Source: a virus. From it: a stretch of 64,000 nt of DNA. Position numbers and translations under genes: made by a program. The stretch spans positions 1-64,000 of the IMG/VR virus record IMGVR_UViG_3300010397_000001. One strand, given 5' to 3'. This document shows positions 18,407 through 28,283 of the stretch, piece after piece. How positions within the stretch are numbered: the stretch's first letter is position 1; every line of letters begins with the position of its first letter. The notes under the pieces are model-generated. The model had not been told where the DNA came from. It searched no databases and saw only the letters and a program-made list of their open reading frames with translations.

Positions 18407-20172
18407 AGCTTGATCAAACAGAGCGACTTCGTATGGCTGCTGTTCATCTGTCGAAGATGGACAGTGTACTGGCTGCTCGTGAAGTTGTGTGCGGAGTGTC
18501 GGAGGTAGCGCCACACCCAGCATGGTCGTACGGGTCGGAGATCAAATTTCACGCTACCCAAGCGCCTGCTCTGGTCGACCTGGCGGATTACGTGGACCTG
18601 ATGGGTCTGAACAATCACGAGCTAGCTCACATCCTTTTGACGCCGGCGCCTGACACCATCCAAGCCGTGCTCCGTGATGTCTTTCCTTCCGACTCCATTC
18701 GTCTCGACGTACTGCTTCGCACCAGTGCTGAACACCGCATGTCATACAACATGCTGGAGGACCAGCGCATCGAGAACATCATGGCCAAGATGTACCCGTC
18801 CATGGCCAAGTTCTTCACCGCTGCCGTCACACGGTACTGCCTCGAAAAGCCTGACTATGCGTGGCTACTGTTGTGCGGTCGGCTTTCACTTCCTCAAGAG
18901 CTTCGGCGTGCGGCGCGTGCTTACTTCGCCGCCGACAAGAGCATCAGGTTGCTGGCCGAGAGGGTGATACGGGAGTACATCACTCTGGACCTTCGGAAGA
19001 AGACGGATCTCATTCGCGCCGGTGAGCTGGTGGACGCGTTCACCGATATCCGACGTCGGATCAACATCAACCCGGCGGACCAACCTCCGTCTTGCGATCG
19101 GTCTGGTGATCGGGTAAGTGAAGCTCGTACGGCGGCTGACCGCGAGAAGATTTCCAGTGACATCGACAAGGCGATTGAGAAGGTTAAGCAAGAAGGCCAA
19201 GGTGTCAAGAAATCTGACGAGAAGTCAGAGGCTGCTGATGAAGCTGCATCGAAGAAGGGTGACGGCAAGGACCTGGGGGAGAAGCACAGCGACCTTCAGG
19301 AAGCCAAGAAGGAAGCGCGCGAAGACGTCAACAGCGACGCAGAGGTGATCCGGCACGCCAAGGACACCAGAGACACCGTTCAGGGTGACAAGCCGTTCTA
19401 CAGCTCGAATAGGGAACAGCCGGTGATTGCCGGCGCCATCGAGGCTTCGAGCAAGTTGCTGATGAATTCACTCGTGAAGCAGATCCGCAAGGTTGAGGAC
19501 GAGGTCGATTCCGGCTGGGAACTCAGGACCAACAGCGGCAAGCTGAACATGGGGCGTGTGCGACGCGCAGAGCACTCCTTCCGTCCGGGCCTGTACGACC
19601 GATGGCAACCAGGTGCTAGCCCTGACCAGTCGTTCGAAATCTGTGTTCTGCTCGACAAGTCCAGTTCGATGCGTGAGTCGAAGCACGGCCTACAGCAAGC
19701 GGCGTGGATCCTCAAGCGCATGGGCGATGTCGTTAACGCCAACACATCAGTGTGGACGTACAACAGCACCTCTCATCTGTTGTACCCGGCGTCAGAGAGG
19801 GTTGATCCTGCGGCAGGTGTCCCAGCTGTCAATCCGTCCGGTACTACCGACCCCTCTGGTGCGCTGCGCGATGCCTACTACACCTTGATGCGTACACGCC
19901 GTCGGCGTCGGCTGTTGCTCATCATGACCGATGGACAGTGGAACGCGAATATCGGCTACACGCAACCTTGGTTGTTCGAGAACCCTGATGACCTTATTCT
20001 CGGCCTGGGCGAGGCAGGCGTTGTCACTGCGATGATTCAATATGGCAAGGGTGCCAGTGCCAGCTCTGACGCGCACAAAGCGATGCTGTCGTTGCACATT
20101 ACAGACCTGGCTCGGCAGATGCCGATCCTGATGAAGGACATCGTCACGACAATGTTGAGGATTGGTGCTTGA
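18403..20172 (+). CDS. VWA-domain partner protein (CobT-like) with N-terminal HExxH
   Basis: NHELAH and LEDQRIE; MIDAS LLDKSSSM, SGTT and MTDG. Confidence 0.85.
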   Translation: MKLDQTERLRMAAVHLSKMDSVLAAREVVCGVSEVAPHPAWSYGSEIKFHATQAPALVDLADYVDLMGLNNHELAHILLTPAPDTIQAVLRDVFPSDSIRLDVLLRTSAEHRMSYNMLEDQRIENIMAKMYPSMAKFFTAAVTRYCLEKPDYAWLLLCGRLSLPQELRRAARAYFAADKSIRLLAERVIREYITLDLRKKTDLIRAGELVDAFTDIRRRININPADQPPSCDRSGDRVSEARTAADREKISSDIDKAIEKVKQEGQGVKKSDEKSEAADEAASKKGDGKDLGEKHSDLQEAKKEAREDVNSDAEVIRHAKDTRDTVQGDKPFYSSNREQPVIAGAIEASSKLLMNSLVKQIRKVEDEVDSGWELRTNSGKLNMGRVRRAEHSFRPGLYDRWQPGASPDQSFEICVLLDKSSSMRESKHGLQQAAWILKRMGDVVNANTSVWTYNSTSHLLYPASERVDPAAGVPAVNPSGTTDPSGALRDAYYTLMRTRRRRRLLLIMTDGQWNANIGYTQPWLFENPDDLILGLGEAGVVTAMIQYGKGASASSDAHKAMLSLHITDLARQMPILMKDIVTTMLRIGA

Positions 20173-20615
20173 TGGGATACAAGGCTACAAAGCCAATGAG
20201 GCGCCGAGTCAAGAAGGCAGTTCAGGAAGCGGAAGAGCCGCGTGACGAACGCCTTGACTTCTGGTTCAGCAAGATTCAGACGCTGAAGAAGGTCACTCAG
20301 GACGACCGGGCGATGATCGACATCCTCCAGGACACGGCCATCAAGTACATGGATGACCACGGCATCGAGAAGTACCGTGGCGTCGGTGTCATTCGTGGCG
20401 AGATGACCACCATCGACGTGGAGGAGCTGCGCGTTCAGTGCATGGAGCAAGATCCATCGGGTAACTTGTGGCGTTCGATCACGACGCGCGTCCTTGACAA
20501 CGGGTTGTTGGAAGCGGCGCTGGAGCAGGGGCGCATTCCACCTGCCCTGGTGCAGGCAGCCACCAAGACGGTCCCCAAGAAGGAGTATCTGGGTCTTCAG
20601 TACCTGAAGAAATGA
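20172..20615 (+). CDS. Hypothetical protein
   Basis: Coupled to the VWA gene; good codon usage. Confidence 0.6.
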   Translation: MGYKATKPMRRRVKKAVQEAEEPRDERLDFWFSKIQTLKKVTQDDRAMIDILQDTAIKYMDDHGIEKYRGVGVIRGEMTTIDVEELRVQCMEQDPSGNLWRSITTRVLDNGLLEAALEQGRIPPALVQAATKTVPKKEYLGLQYLKK

Positions 20616-20759
20616 CCAGCATCACCAGGTGCCCCACAGGGGCTGTGACGTCCTGGGAAAGGCAGGGGGTAGACGTCCCTACCCCCTGTGACTAAAAGCC
20701 TGTCAGCGACCCTTACAGGCGCCTTAAAACGGCCATTCATTCACTGAAAGTTACGACGC

Positions 20760-21050
20760 ATGAAGAAGATCAAGACTGATCCGCCCATCTATCTGGAGAC
20801 GATGGCAGCGGTTGCATGGCTGAACCGTAGGCGTCGTGATGTTCCGTCGGGGTATCCGGTTGGCAAGCGGCACCTTGACCCTCGGATGAACCCAACCGGT
20901 TGGAAGGCTGGCGGGCGTGACGCTGAGGAGTATCAGTTCAATCCAGAAATGGTCGGTGCGTCACGTGCTAGCGGTGTTGAGTTCGGGGAGGTGACTTCAG
21001 TCAGTGAAAACTGGGATGCGGATGCGACCCAACATTCAGGGGACGAATGA
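20760..21050 (+). CDS. Hypothetical protein
   Basis: ORF after an intergenic spacer. Confidence 0.5.
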   Translation: MKKIKTDPPIYLETMAAVAWLNRRRRDVPSGYPVGKRHLDPRMNPTGWKAGGRDAEEYQFNPEMVGASRASGVEFGEVTSVSENWDADATQHSGDE

Positions 21051-21378
21051 CCCCCAGAACGAGAACTGCACGCTTGTTCCTGTGACGACAGTGAACCGTC
21101 TGCTCCCCAAGCTGTCACCTAACGTGCCGGCGGGGAGCTTCTTCCGCTTCAATGAGGAGACGAAGCTGGTAGAAGCGATCGTCACGCCGGTTGCAGGCTA
21201 CACAAGCATGGTCCCGATAGCGTGGGATACATGCGCAGACTGCACACGACCCCTCAGGCGCTGTGAGTGCGCCCGTGGTGTATCTGCCAAGTCTTGGATG
21301 GTGGAGGCCGCGGAGAAGCGACCTGAGCTGATGCCAGAGGAGGCGCCCAAGAAAAAACTTCGGAGGATGAAGTTGTGA
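21047..21378 (+). CDS. Hypothetical Cys-motif protein
   Basis: CADC...CEC; ATGA coupling. Confidence 0.5.
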
Positions 21379-22103
21379 CGGAAGACTTTAGCAATATGGC
21401 GCGCCGGCTTAGTCGCCTCAACGAGCTTCTGTCCAAGGCCATTCAAGAGGTGGACAAGTACGAAGAGATTATTGCCGACAACGTCGCTGACTTGCCGGCG
21501 TACCTCCACTTCGCGGTGGAGAACATTCTTGGTGTGCTAACCGTCGGCTCTCCGATCAATATGAAGTACCTGTTGACGGAAGGTCAAGCGATCGAGGTTC
21601 ACAAGATGTTTGCTCAGATCGACATCCGGTACGCCGGCCAGATGCCGATCACGTGTCAGCTTGGCATGTGCACTCCTTCCACCGACGCGGCCATGCGCAT
21701 CCTTACCGCGAGGACGATCGACTGGGACACGTATCAAGAAGAGGCGGCAGTCCTTCTAGAGGGGCGCAATGCTTTCGGCGCCAGACCGGCACACACGACG
21801 TGGCTCATTCACGCCGGCATGTCGACCGCCGTACAGAGCTGCGATATCCCTCATGGCACCATGGTGGCCTACGCGGCTTCCGCTCGAAACCAGATGGTCA
21901 ACATCATGGAGATAATCGCGGAACACGAGTGGCCACCTGAATGCACCGAAGTCGTCCTGCGCTTGATGGGAGCAATGGACGACTCAGCTTTGGGCACCTA
22001 CAGCAATCCGCTGGACGATCGCATAGAAGGGCAGAAGGATGGAACAGGAGACGGACCAGGCGTCAGTGCCGACGAACTCGACCGATGGTTCAACCTCGGA
22101 TGA
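21375..22103 (+). CDS. Hypothetical protein
   Basis: GTGA coupling; 242 aa. Confidence 0.6.
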   Translation: MTEDFSNMARRLSRLNELLSKAIQEVDKYEEIIADNVADLPAYLHFAVENILGVLTVGSPINMKYLLTEGQAIEVHKMFAQIDIRYAGQMPITCQLGMCTPSTDAAMRILTARTIDWDTYQEEAAVLLEGRNAFGARPAHTTWLIHAGMSTAVQSCDIPHGTMVAYAASARNQMVNIMEIIAEHEWPPECTEVVLRLMGAMDDSALGTYSNPLDDRIEGQKDGTGDGPGVSADELDRWFNLG

Positions 22104-22572
22104 TGAACCGGTGGTGTTGAGCGCACCGGTGTCGGCTCACCTGTTCAGCGAGATGAGGTCGCATCTCGTTGTTCAGGTGAAGGATGACGGTACGGGCATC
22201 AACCAACTGACGAACGCTCTGGTTGCGCGGTACCAGGCCGCAGTCGCCGAGCTGGGAGAAGCAACCGCCGCGATCGTCAAGCACTGTCGGAAGACCGGGC
22301 AGACGGTGCCGTTCGACTTCCTCTACCCGTCGGCCCGCACCGTGTCGAAACTTCCGGCGAAGACCAAGAAGGGTAAGCCGCTCCCGCCTTGGTTGCTTCC
22401 TTCCGACGAGGTGTTCCCCGCTGACTCGGAGGCCGCCAGCTACCACGAGTGCCCGGAGTGTAAGAAGCAGGTGCAGCACGACACCAGCAATGTCGCTTGT
22501 CCGCACTGCCAGGAAGAGCAGCGCAAGAAAGAAGATCCAGCAGCCAAGCCCGGCACGATCTTCGCAGCGTAG
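22039..22572 (+). CDS. Zinc-ribbon protein
   Basis: CPEC...CPHC near the C-terminus. Confidence 0.55.
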   Translation: MEQETDQASVPTNSTDGSTSDDEPVVLSAPVSAHLFSEMRSHLVVQVKDDGTGINQLTNALVARYQAAVAELGEATAAIVKHCRKTGQTVPFDFLYPSARTVSKLPAKTKKGKPLPPWLLPSDEVFPADSEAASYHECPECKKQVQHDTSNVACPHCQEEQRKKEDPAAKPGTIFAA

Positions 22573-22776
22573 ATATGATCGGCCGTCACAGCATTCAGTA
22601 CGACGAGCGGTGGTTCGTGTGCAAGCGCTGTAAACGGGCCGTTCGTGTCATGCTGGCCAAGCCTCTGCTCGGCTGGCGGTTCCTACACATCCCACGTCGC
22701 TGCCACGACTGTTCAACTAGGAGGCACTAGCGACAGACCCTGACTGAATTGGATTCAGTACCTGAAGGAGAGAAGG

Positions 22777-23046
22777 ATGACGCAGCATAGAGGCGGGGCG
22801 CTGTCACGAATTGCCCCGGAAGGTTGCTACACCACGTCTGGTTTTGCCAAGGCGGTCGGTATATCTACCGACACGGCCAAGCGTTGGCGCCTGACGGGGA
22901 CGCTCATTCCATCCGGTGAACCACACGAGAGTGGTGAACTGACGATCTACATCTACACGGAGGAGGACGTGCAGCTTGGGCGACAGCTTCGTGTCAGCCC
23001 GGGTTCGCTCGATCGGCGCCTCAAGCACCTGGAAGTTGCGTCTTGA
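22777..23046 (+). CDS. MerR/excisionase-like HTH DNA-binding protein
   Basis: YTTSGFAKAVGISTDTAKRW...G.L.P and YTEEDV motifs; RBS AGGAG. Confidence 0.75.
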   Translation: MTQHRGGALSRIAPEGCYTTSGFAKAVGISTDTAKRWRLTGTLIPSGEPHESGELTIYIYTEEDVQLGRQLRVSPGSLDRRLKHLEVAS

Positions 23047-23161
23047 ACTTCATGAAGTGAACCGTACAGGTTGTCTCGTTTGGTAGTGTGATGGCCTGTA
23101 CGGTTCAACATGTCAATGACGAACGACTCAGCAAATAACGCACGTGGAAGGTAGGTGGCGC

Positions 23162-23905
23162 GTGCCCATTGGCCAAACAGTCGGCAGTAAGCAGAACATG
23201 AAGAGTCTGCTCGCCGGCGGAAACAGCAACGACGAAGTGTGGCGGCTGAAGGACGGCGAGGCGGCTCACGTCCGCTTTCTGACCGAACCGTCCGGATGGT
23301 CGCGGTACTACGAGCACTTCGATTCCAGCCGCGAAGGAAGTCCGTTCATCCCGTGTATCGGGCGTGACGAGGGCTGCCAGTACTGCGACGACGGTGTCAG
23401 GTCTGGAAAGAAGTTCCTCGCGAACATCGTGGACCTTCAGACGGACAAGGCGCGGGTGATCGTGCTCCCGCAGACGGCGGCCGACTTCCTCTACAAGCGG
23501 TGGGCTTCCAAAGACACCATCATGGACCGCCCCTTCACGATCGAGCGCGAGGGGTCCGGCAAGGACGACACGACGTACACCGTCGACCACGAGTCTCCGT
23601 CCAGGTTCAACACCAAGCGGTTCGAGATCAAGGACCTGGAGGAAGTCCTCCAATCCATGCTCGACGGTCCCACGGTCGCGGATGACGATGACGATGAGCC
23701 ATCGTGGTCGCGCAAGAAAAAGAAGTCGGCGGCGAAGAAGGCTGCTCCAAAGAAAGCTGGTCGTCGTACGATCGCTGACGAAGACGACGACGAAGACGAC
23801 GAGGACGAACGTCCGCCGCGCCGGCCGGTCAAGTCGGCCAAGAAGTCCGTACGCAAAGCGCTCCCTCCCAGCAAGGGCGTCAAGCGCATGCGCAAGATGA
23901 ACTGA
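23162..23905 (+). CDS. Single-stranded DNA-binding protein (gp32-like)
   Basis: RLKDGE...VRFL, H...PC...C..C zinc site, I.R.GSG.DTTY; acidic/basic tail. Confidence 0.7.
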   Translation: MPIGQTVGSKQNMKSLLAGGNSNDEVWRLKDGEAAHVRFLTEPSGWSRYYEHFDSSREGSPFIPCIGRDEGCQYCDDGVRSGKKFLANIVDLQTDKARVIVLPQTAADFLYKRWASKDTIMDRPFTIEREGSGKDDTTYTVDHESPSRFNTKRFEIKDLEEVLQSMLDGPTVADDDDDEPSWSRKKKKSAAKKAAPKKAGRRTIADEDDDEDDEDERPPRRPVKSAKKSVRKALPPSKGVKRMRKMN

Positions 23906-23954
23906 CCCAGCGAACACCATTCACACCATCAAGCACTGAGAGGGAACAACCAAG

Positions 23955-24803
23955 ATGGCAGTCAGCAAGAAAGCCGCCGCTCCGGTGAAGTCCGCGAAGT
24001 CCAAGGTCGGTCCGGCGAGGATCGCCAAGGCGGAGCCCGCGAAGGTCGCTCCGAAGAAGGCTCCGGCCAAGGCGGCGCCGAAGCAGGACGTCGAGCAGAT
24101 GTCCGTTCCGGACTTCCTCAAGTCCCTGCGCGACCAGATCGACGCGTTCCTCGGCTCCGCGCCGTGGGACGAAGCCGAAGCCTCCGGCACCGACGAGGAG
24201 GCGGACGAAGAGACCAGCGCGATCGACGCGCGGCGCGCGGAGCTGGAGGACATGACGCCGGCCGCCCTGCGCAAGTTGGCGAAGGCCGCGGAGTTCGACC
24301 CCAAGGACATCAAGGCCGCGTCGGTCGAACAGCTCGTCGAGAACCTGTTGGAAGCCGAATTCGGCGACGCCGAGGACGACGAGGACGAAGACGAGGAGGA
24401 CTCGGAGGAGTCGGAAGACGAGGAGACCGAGGACGACTCCGACGACGAGGACGCCGAGGACGAGGAGGAAGAGGAGGACGACGGCGAGGACGATTACACC
24501 CGCGAAGACCTCCTGGCGATGTCGCTGTCCGACCTGAAGAACCTCGCGGTGCAGCTCGGCAAGGCCGACAGCAAGGCGGACCTGAAGGGCCAGGACAAGG
24601 ACACCGTCGCCGATCTGATCCTAGAGGACGACGAGGAGTCGGAAGACGAGGAAGGCGAGGACGACTACTACACCCGCGAGGACTACGAGGCGATGAAGAT
24701 CGACGAGCTGAAGGCCCTCGCCGACCAGTGCGGCATCTCCTACAAGAAGACCGTCAAGGCCGCCGAGCTGATCGACGCCTTGGAGGCGTACGAGGAGGAC
24801 TAG
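23955..24803 (+). CDS. Very acidic protein with three short helix-extended-helix (Rho-N/SAP-like) repeats and a basic N-terminus
   Basis: LEDMTPAALRKLAK, LLAMSLSDLKNLA and YEAMKIDELKALA repeats separated by D/E runs. Confidence 0.65.
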   Translation: MAVSKKAAAPVKSAKSKVGPARIAKAEPAKVAPKKAPAKAAPKQDVEQMSVPDFLKSLRDQIDAFLGSAPWDEAEASGTDEEADEETSAIDARRAELEDMTPAALRKLAKAAEFDPKDIKAASVEQLVENLLEAEFGDAEDDEDEDEEDSEESEDEETEDDSDDEDAEDEEEEEDDGEDDYTREDLLAMSLSDLKNLAVQLGKADSKADLKGQDKDTVADLILEDDEESEDEEGEDDYYTREDYEAMKIDELKALADQCGISYKKTVKAAELIDALEAYEED

Positions 24804-24829
24804 CTACATCGTCCATCCGGTGAAGTAAT

Positions 24830-24863
24830 GGGGCACCCCATACCAGGGGTGCCCCTTCTGTTT
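24830..24863 (+). terminator. Intrinsic terminator
   Basis: GGGGCACCCC/GGGGTGCCCC stem followed by TTCTGTTT. Confidence 0.75.
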
Positions 24864-25021
24864 GTAGGAGATGAAGTGAGTAATCGGCGCAAGTACAAGC
24901 GCTTGCTCAAGTGGTACCGGCATTACAACCGATGTGCCAAGCTGCATGCGGCGCCCAATCTCTGCCAGACCTCTTCGGTGTGCGCGTGGTGGGCGTGCTG
25001 CGAAGCGGCTCGTTCTAGTGT

Positions 25022-25345
25022 GTGGAGATAGTCATGCGGGGTAAGCAGGATCACCAGCCGCCTGCTCGTACACAGCAGGAACCGCTGGACAACACCAGCA
25101 ACTACATCGCTGAGCAGATCGAGGTATGGCGGAAGACCGGTCAACTGATCCACCCCGAAACCGCGATGGAGATCGCCGCGTGGTGGCAGATGCCAAGCAA
25201 CAGCTTCAGCCAGTTTGCCTCTACCGGTCACATCGCAAGTGACCTCATTCAGACCGTGAAGGATCAAATGGAGGTGGCTCCAGAAGCGTCGCCCCACACC
25301 CAGGAGTTGTCAGCGCTCCTGGCCTATCTGGAAGCGTGTAGCTGA
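25022..25345 (+). CDS. Hypothetical protein
   Basis: TA.EIAAWW...FASTG motif. Confidence 0.55.
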   Translation: MEIVMRGKQDHQPPARTQQEPLDNTSNYIAEQIEVWRKTGQLIHPETAMEIAAWWQMPSNSFSQFASTGHIASDLIQTVKDQMEVAPEASPHTQELSALLAYLEACS

Positions 25346-25373
25346 TGATGATGTACCACTACAGAATCGGAGA

Positions 25374-26153
25374 ATGAACGTGGCACGGAAGAACCGGACG
25401 GACGCCGTCAAGCGCGCCGCTCAGTATCAGGGTTCGTCGACCGTCGTGCGTGGTGCGAAGCGTGCACCCCACGAACACACCCTCTCGTTCATCCGGGGCC
25501 GGCAGCGGTGCACCACCTGCCCCCACGTCGAGCCGCGTCCGAAGGTGGCGACCAACAACCTGGCCTTCGGCCAAGCCTTCACCGACGCCTTGGGCGAGTT
25601 CGACAAGGCAGCCAAAAGGATCGGCGACGGCTTCAAAGACATCTCTGCGCAGATCCTCAAGAGCAGCAAGAAGGAAGTCGTCACCATCGACTTCCTCACC
25701 ATGTCGAAGCGATTCCCGGAAGAAATCTCTATCGGCTTCAACGACTCGTTGCCGCACCGCGAACCGACTGACACGCCCGCCCCTACGGCCGACGTCGACC
25801 CGGAGACGCTGTACGCCATCGTTGACAAGCTGAAGACCGACGACCAGATCGGTGAGGCGAAGAGTGAGCCGACGCCGGCCGACATCGAGGCCGCCGTGCC
25901 GCTCGTCGCACCGGTGGTCGTTCAGACGTCCTTCCCCACGGAGCAGCAGACCCGCGAGACGATGATCCTCCACTTCACTAACCAGCCGGACTCTGCCATG
26001 CGTGACGAGTTGGTGCAGACCGTTCAGTGGCTGAACCTGCACGGGTTCAACTTCAAACTGACCTCGAAGACGAACAAGTCGCAACTGTGGGCGTGGATCC
26101 GCGAGGCACGCGCCACGGTGCAGGACACCAACGTTCCGCAGGACGACGCGTGA
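25374..26153 (+). CDS. Hypothetical protein
   Basis: 259 aa; strong codon bias. Confidence 0.6.
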   Translation: MNVARKNRTDAVKRAAQYQGSSTVVRGAKRAPHEHTLSFIRGRQRCTTCPHVEPRPKVATNNLAFGQAFTDALGEFDKAAKRIGDGFKDISAQILKSSKKEVVTIDFLTMSKRFPEEISIGFNDSLPHREPTDTPAPTADVDPETLYAIVDKLKTDDQIGEAKSEPTPADIEAAVPLVAPVVVQTSFPTEQQTRETMILHFTNQPDSAMRDELVQTVQWLNLHGFNFKLTSKTNKSQLWAWIREARATVQDTNVPQDDA

Positions 26154-26596
26154 ACGAAACTCGCGCAAAATTCGGTGCCCTGATCCCCTTCGCTATCGTG
26201 GTCGTCGCCATCATGGTCGGATGGTGGTTGATTCCGCCGCTGTCTCCGACGCAGGCCGACGTTAACATGCCGTTGCACTACCAGGTGTCTTCTGTGCCGT
26301 CTACGGCCGGCAGCGACGCTCTGGTGCCGTCTATGCGCCCCACCACTGTGACGGCAGTGATGCCCAACCTGGTGGGGATGGACGTACCCACCGCGCAGGG
26401 GCACATGAAGACCCTCGGCTTCACACGCGTTCTGTTCATGTCGAACGACTCGACTCTCCGATCGATCGACACACCGCAGAACTGGATCGTCGACACTCAG
26501 CAGTTCACAGCCGGCGAACCCATCTGGGTGGACGAGCTGATTACGATTGAGTGCCGGTGGAAAAACTGGGGGCTGGAATCCCCCACCAAGAAGTGA
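26150..26596 (+). CDS. Membrane-anchored PASTA-domain protein
   Basis: One TM segment then VMPNLVGM...AQ....LGF and NWIV..Q...AG. Confidence 0.65.
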   Translation: MNETRAKFGALIPFAIVVVAIMVGWWLIPPLSPTQADVNMPLHYQVSSVPSTAGSDALVPSMRPTTVTAVMPNLVGMDVPTAQGHMKTLGFTRVLFMSNDSTLRSIDTPQNWIVDTQQFTAGEPIWVDELITIECRWKNWGLESPTKK

Positions 26597-26628
26597 CCGT
26601 GGCAAACCAACACAGGAGGACGTAACCA

Positions 26629-26793
26629 GTGAGTGGCGGCAAGTTGCCCGTGACCGGGCTCAGCACAATCATGGTCGGTGGTGTCGCGATCAACCAGGTG
26701 AACTTGGCTCTGATCGCCGTGGGCATCGTCATCGTCGGAGCGGTACTCTACCGCTTCGGCTGGCGCCGCCGGAAGCCGATCAGTTCTCGGTGA
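26629..26793 (+). CDS. 54-aa LPXTG + TM + basic-tail microprotein (not in the ORF track)
   Basis: RBS AGGAGG, GTG start; MSGGKLPVTG...IAVGIVIVGAVLYRFGWRRRK; GTGA overlap with the GT2 gene. Confidence 0.7.
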   Translation: MSGGKLPVTGLSTIMVGGVAINQVNLALIAVGIVIVGAVLYRFGWRRRKPISSR

Positions 26794-28283
26794 CCTATAG
26801 GGCATGGATGGTGCGGCGTCGTGCATTGCTCGGCGCCGCTCTTCTTGTAATGGCAGGTGCTGGTTGGTCATACCGACACATCCAGTCGACCATTCAAGAG
26901 GTAAATGGCAACGGATCACAGTACGGGCTGATCTTCACCTTCGCCTTTGTGATCCTGGTGTGGCAGACGTTCCTCTGCTATCGCGAAAAGCCGTGGCGGG
27001 CGAATGCCGCGCAGCAGCAGATCCTCAACGCCATGCGTATCGGTGTGGTCGTTCCCGTCTACAACGAGGACCCCGCAGCGCTGCGACACTGCCTGGCGTC
27101 GCTGATCGATCAGAGCCGACCATTCAACATGATCTACGTCGTGGATGACGGCTCGACGAAAGTGGACTACGCGCAGGAAGGGGTGATCACCTGGTTCAAG
27201 CTCGCGTGCAAGCGCGCTGGCATTCCGTGTGCGTGGGCTGTGAAGGGCAATGGCGGAAAGCGGTCCGCTCAGGGCGTGGCGTTCATGAACGCAGACGTAG
27301 ACCTGTGGGCGACGTCTGACTCAGACAGCATCTGGGCGCCCAACGCACTTCACGAGTTACAGATACCGTTCCGAGACACACGGGTGTTCAGCGTGGCCGG
27401 CATTGTGGTGGCGCTGAACAACACGAAGAACCTACTCGCCCGGGTAACCGATCTGTGGTTCGTTACCGGACAGTTGATCGACCGCTCAGCGATGTCAACG
27501 ATGGGTTCGGTGTTGGTCAACAGCGGACCCATCGCCATGTACCGCTCCGAGGTCATCATGAAGAATCTCGACGGCTATCTCAACGAGACGTTCTTCAAGT
27601 GGAAGATCGAGATGAGCGATGACTCGCTGCTGACGCTGTACGCGCTTCAGGAAGGGAAGGCTGTACAGCAGCCGACAGCGTTCGCGTTCACTCTGATGCC
27701 GGAAACTCTGAACCATCACGTACGCCAGTACCTCCGATGGATGCGCGGTGCGTTCATTCGGTCGGCCTGGCGGTTCAAGTACCTGCCGCTGAAAACCTAC
27801 GCGTTCTGGGGTCATCTGCTGGGGTGGATCCAGATGCTGATGAGCACCGTCATCTTCGTGACGTTGTTCTTCGTTCAGCCGGTGAAGTCAGGCCAGTACT
27901 TGTCGGCCTGGCCGTACCTGCTCAGCATCCCGATCCTGATCGGCTACGCCCAGTCTCTGAGGTACCTGGCTATTCGTCGCAGTGACCAGACGTTGTGGTC
28001 ACAGTTGTTCACGGTGGCACTGACACCTCTTGCCACGGTGTGGGCTTTCTTCGGACTCAGGATCATCCGGTGGTACGCCATGTGCACGCCCACGGTCGGT
28101 GGTTGGGGCACTCGGGAGAACATCGAGTTGACCATGGGTGGTGGCGCCGAACCAAGTGCACCGCAAGTCGAGGTGCGCCGTATCGTTCCGTGGTACGCGG
28201 ACCCTGATCGAACGGTGGTCCTGGCAGGCAGCCGTGCGGCCGCGCAACCGACCATCTACGGGCGCCACAGGGCCGCTGAATAG
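26790..28283 (+). CDS. Processive GT2 glycosyltransferase (hyaluronan synthase/NodC-like)
   Basis: VPVYNED, VDDGS, GKRSAQ, DSDS, SG, SDD and QYLRW (D,D,D,QxxRW); N- and C-terminal TM helices. Confidence 0.88.
   Translation: MTYRAWMVRRRALLGAALLVMAGAGWSYRHIQSTIQEVNGNGSQYGLIFTFAFVILVWQTFLCYREKPWRANAAQQQILNAMRIGVVVPVYNEDPAALRHCLASLIDQSRPFNMIYVVDDGSTKVDYAQEGVITWFKLACKRAGIPCAWAVKGNGGKRSAQGVAFMNADVDLWATSDSDSIWAPNALHELQIPFRDTRVFSVAGIVVALNNTKNLLARVTDLWFVTGQLIDRSAMSTMGSVLVNSGPIAMYRSEVIMKNLDGYLNETFFKWKIEMSDDSLLTLYALQEGKAVQQPTAFAFTLMPETLNHHVRQYLRWMRGAFIRSAWRFKYLPLKTYAFWGHLLGWIQMLMSTVIFVTLFFVQPVKSGQYLSAWPYLLSIPILIGYAQSLRYLAIRRSDQTLWSQLFTVALTPLATVWAFFGLRIIRWYAMCTPTVGGWGTRENIELTMGGGAEPSAPQVEVRRIVPWYADPDRTVVLAGSRAAAQPTIYGRHRAAE

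Noticed and set aside
22777-23046. Excisionase implying an integrated prophage
   Set aside because: No integrase, att-like junction or host genes in the window, so lifestyle cannot be determined
26547-26789. Long N-terminal extension of the GT2 given in the ORF track
   Set aside because: The region is better explained by the LPXTG microprotein with a strong RBS; the GT2 likely starts at the overlapping GTG at 26790
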